A stretch of 64,000 nt of DNA from Selaginella moellendorffii (Eukaryota; Plantae; Lycopodiophyta): positions 1 through 64,000 of the forward strand of contig NW_003314309.1 of NCBI RefSeq assembly GCF_000143415.4, written 5' to 3'. Under the pieces are notes generated by a model, which had not been told where the DNA came from, made no database searches, and saw only the letters and a list, made by a program, of their open reading frames with translations. The translations under genes were made by a program, and so were the position numbers. Shown one piece after another: positions 62,179-64,000 of the stretch. Positions within the stretch are counted from its first letter, which is position 1; each line of letters begins with the position of its first letter.

Positions 62179-62483
62179 TACGGACTGGCAGAAGTCAAGT
62201 CTAAGTCTTGACCTGCCGAAGTCCACATTGTATCCACCGTGGCCAAAAAATCACCACAAGAAAAAATTGTGCAAAGGTCTATGTTATGTAATATAGTTGA
62301 TAGCCCAGTATACCAATGGCAAATCCCAAATCCCCCACTTTATTGACTACCAAGGCTTTCATCAAGGTTCAATCGGCTCGAAGTCAAGTGTGCCAAGAAT
62401 TGATTAACATTTGTGCGTGTAAACTCTGCGAAAAGAAGAACCTCATCTTTCATGATAGCTCCCACTCTTTGATGTTCTGATCC

Positions 62484-64000
62484 ATGGCCATGTCTCTCGC
62501 GGATTTGCTGCTGCCTTTGTTTCTACTCGTCTTTCTCACAAGATCCCGGTCACAGTGCCCCACAAATCCATCTGCAATCGTGAACGACACACAGGTTCTT
62601 CTCTCTCTCCGTGACAGGCTTGGCATCAAAGTGTGGAACGAGACTGCCGATCCAAGAGCATGGCGGGGAGTGGAGTGGAGCTCGGACAACCAAGTGGAGG
62701 GCCTCGCTCTGTCCAGGTTTAATCTCTCGGGAGTTTTTCCTGCCACCTGGGCCGAGCTTCCATCGCTGGCTCGCCTGGACCTCTCGCAAAACGGCCTCTC
62801 CTCGCTGGAAGTCCCTTGCAAAAATACGCAGCTCAACCTCCTCAACTTGAGCTCCAATTCCCTGCAAGAGTTCCCCGGAAATCTCTCCAGCCTCGAGAGT
62901 TTGGAAAGCCTGGACCTCAGTGGGAACTTCTTAACAGTGGCCAGACTCCCAAAGTTTAGCTTGACGCTGCGATCGCTCAACCTGTCCATCAACAACTTAA
63001 CTGGGAGCTTTTCCATTGGTGGTAACCTGGGACTGGAGGCACTGGAACTCTCGCAGAACGGACTCAGCGGCTCCATTCCAGAAACTTTCGGGGAGATGAC
63101 GAACTTGACGCGCCTGGACATATCGTATAACAGGTTTAGAGGAGATCTACCCGATATTTGGAGCAAGAACTTGGAGCTCAGGTACATGCGTATCTCCAAC
63201 AATTCGCTTCATGGTGGTTTGCCACCGAGCTTGAGAAGGCTACGCAAGCTCTCTGTTTTACGCGCTGCATACAACTCTCTCTCCGGGCCACTGGAGCTGG
63301 AAGATGGCAACTTTGCAAGCATCGAGGTTTTGAACCTCGGGCTAAACGGGTTTAGCGGAACGATCCCGGCTACGCTGGGAAGCTTGAGGAACTTGAAGAT
63401 CCTGGTTCTCACGGGGAATCATTTTAGTGGCGCCATACCACTGGAGCTTGGAAACTGGTCGAACATCAGAGAGATATGGCTTGACAGCAATAACTTGACT
63501 GGAACAATCCCAGGCGAGCTCTCGAAGCTCTCGCATCTCCAGAAGCTGGTTCTCACGGGGAATCGTTTTAGTGGCGCCATACCGTCGGAGCTTGGAAACT
63601 GGTCGAACATCAGGGAGATATGGCTCAACAGCAATAACTTGACTGGAACAATCCCAGGCGAGCTCTCGAAGCTCTCGCATCTCCAGAAGCTGGTTCTCAC
63701 GGGGAATCGTTTTAGTGGCGCCATACCGTCGGAGCTTGGAAACTGGTCGAACATCAGGGAGATATGGCTCAACAGCAATAACTTGACTGGAACAATCCCA
63801 GGCGAGCTCTCGAAGCTCTCGCATCTCCAGAAGCTGGTTCTCACGGGGAATCGTTTTAGTGGCGCCATACCGTCGGAGCTTGGAAACTGGTCGAACATCA
63901 GGGAGATATGGCTCAACAGCAATAACTTGACTGGAACAATCCCAGGCGAGCTCTCGAAGCTCTCGCATCTCCAGAAGCTGGTTCTCACGGGGAATCGTTT
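62484..64000 (+). CDS. LRR receptor-like protein copy 3 (runs off the window end)
   Basis: ATG 62484, colinear with copy 2 N-terminus; no stop seen before 64000. Confidence 0.9.
   Translation, partial: MAMSLADLLLPLFLLVFLTRSRSQCPTNPSAIVNDTQVLLSLRDRLGIKVWNETADPRAWRGVEWSSDNQVEGLALSRFNLSGVFPATWAELPSLARLDLSQNGLSSLEVPCKNTQLNLLNLSSNSLQEFPGNLSSLESLESLDLSGNFLTVARLPKFSLTLRSLNLSINNLTGSFSIGGNLGLEALELSQNGLSGSIPETFGEMTNLTRLDISYNRFRGDLPDIWSKNLELRYMRISNNSLHGGLPPSLRRLRKLSVLRAAYNSLSGPLELEDGNFASIEVLNLGLNGFSGTIPATLGSLRNLKILVLTGNHFSGAIPLELGNWSNIREIWLDSNNLTGTIPGELSKLSHLQKLVLTGNRFSGAIPSELGNWSNIREIWLNSNNLTGTIPGELSKLSHLQKLVLTGNRFSGAIPSELGNWSNIREIWLNSNNLTGTIPGELSKLSHLQKLVLTGNRFSGAIPSELGNWSNIREIWLNSNNLTGTIPGELSKLSHLQKLVLTGNR
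63402..64000 (+). repeat. In-frame 144-bp module array, at least four units plus the start of a fifth
   Basis: Units start at 63402, 63546, 63690, 63834, 63978; units 2-4 look identical. Confidence 0.93.

Overview
Eukaryotic plant nuclear DNA with four N gaps. Short GT-AG introns, a PLS-class PPR, an intron-bearing acetate kinase and overall compactness suggest a non-seed land plant, probably a Selaginella-like lycophyte (inference). The window is a tandemly duplicated LRR receptor-like protein (RLP) locus with three RLP copies (1-2307, 18956-21712, 62484-end). Each carries a different array of a 144-bp two-LRR module. Copies 1 and 2 sit in a ~17-19 kb duplicated block: RLP, tail-to-tail PPR pseudogene, mitochondrial-carrier fragment, a 5S-rRNA-containing Cassandra-like TRIM, a truncated LTR, MSH3 pseudogene, GDSL pseudogene and a decayed CACTA element. 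A third partial paralogue (32205-34515) keeps the empty insertion sites. 34.5-59.4 kb is a nested retrotransposon pile: a TRIM with dissimilar LTRs inside a methyltransferase pseudogene, a short-LTR gypsy with a tRNA-Ala PBS, an acetate kinase pseudogene, an RT-deleted chromovirus, and a young non-coding 7.3-kb LTR element inserted into an older member of its own family. A CACTA remnant with a captured, intron-containing SDR fragment ends about 305 bp upstream of RLP copy 3. All identities and family calls were made by eye and from recalled motifs; no searches were run.
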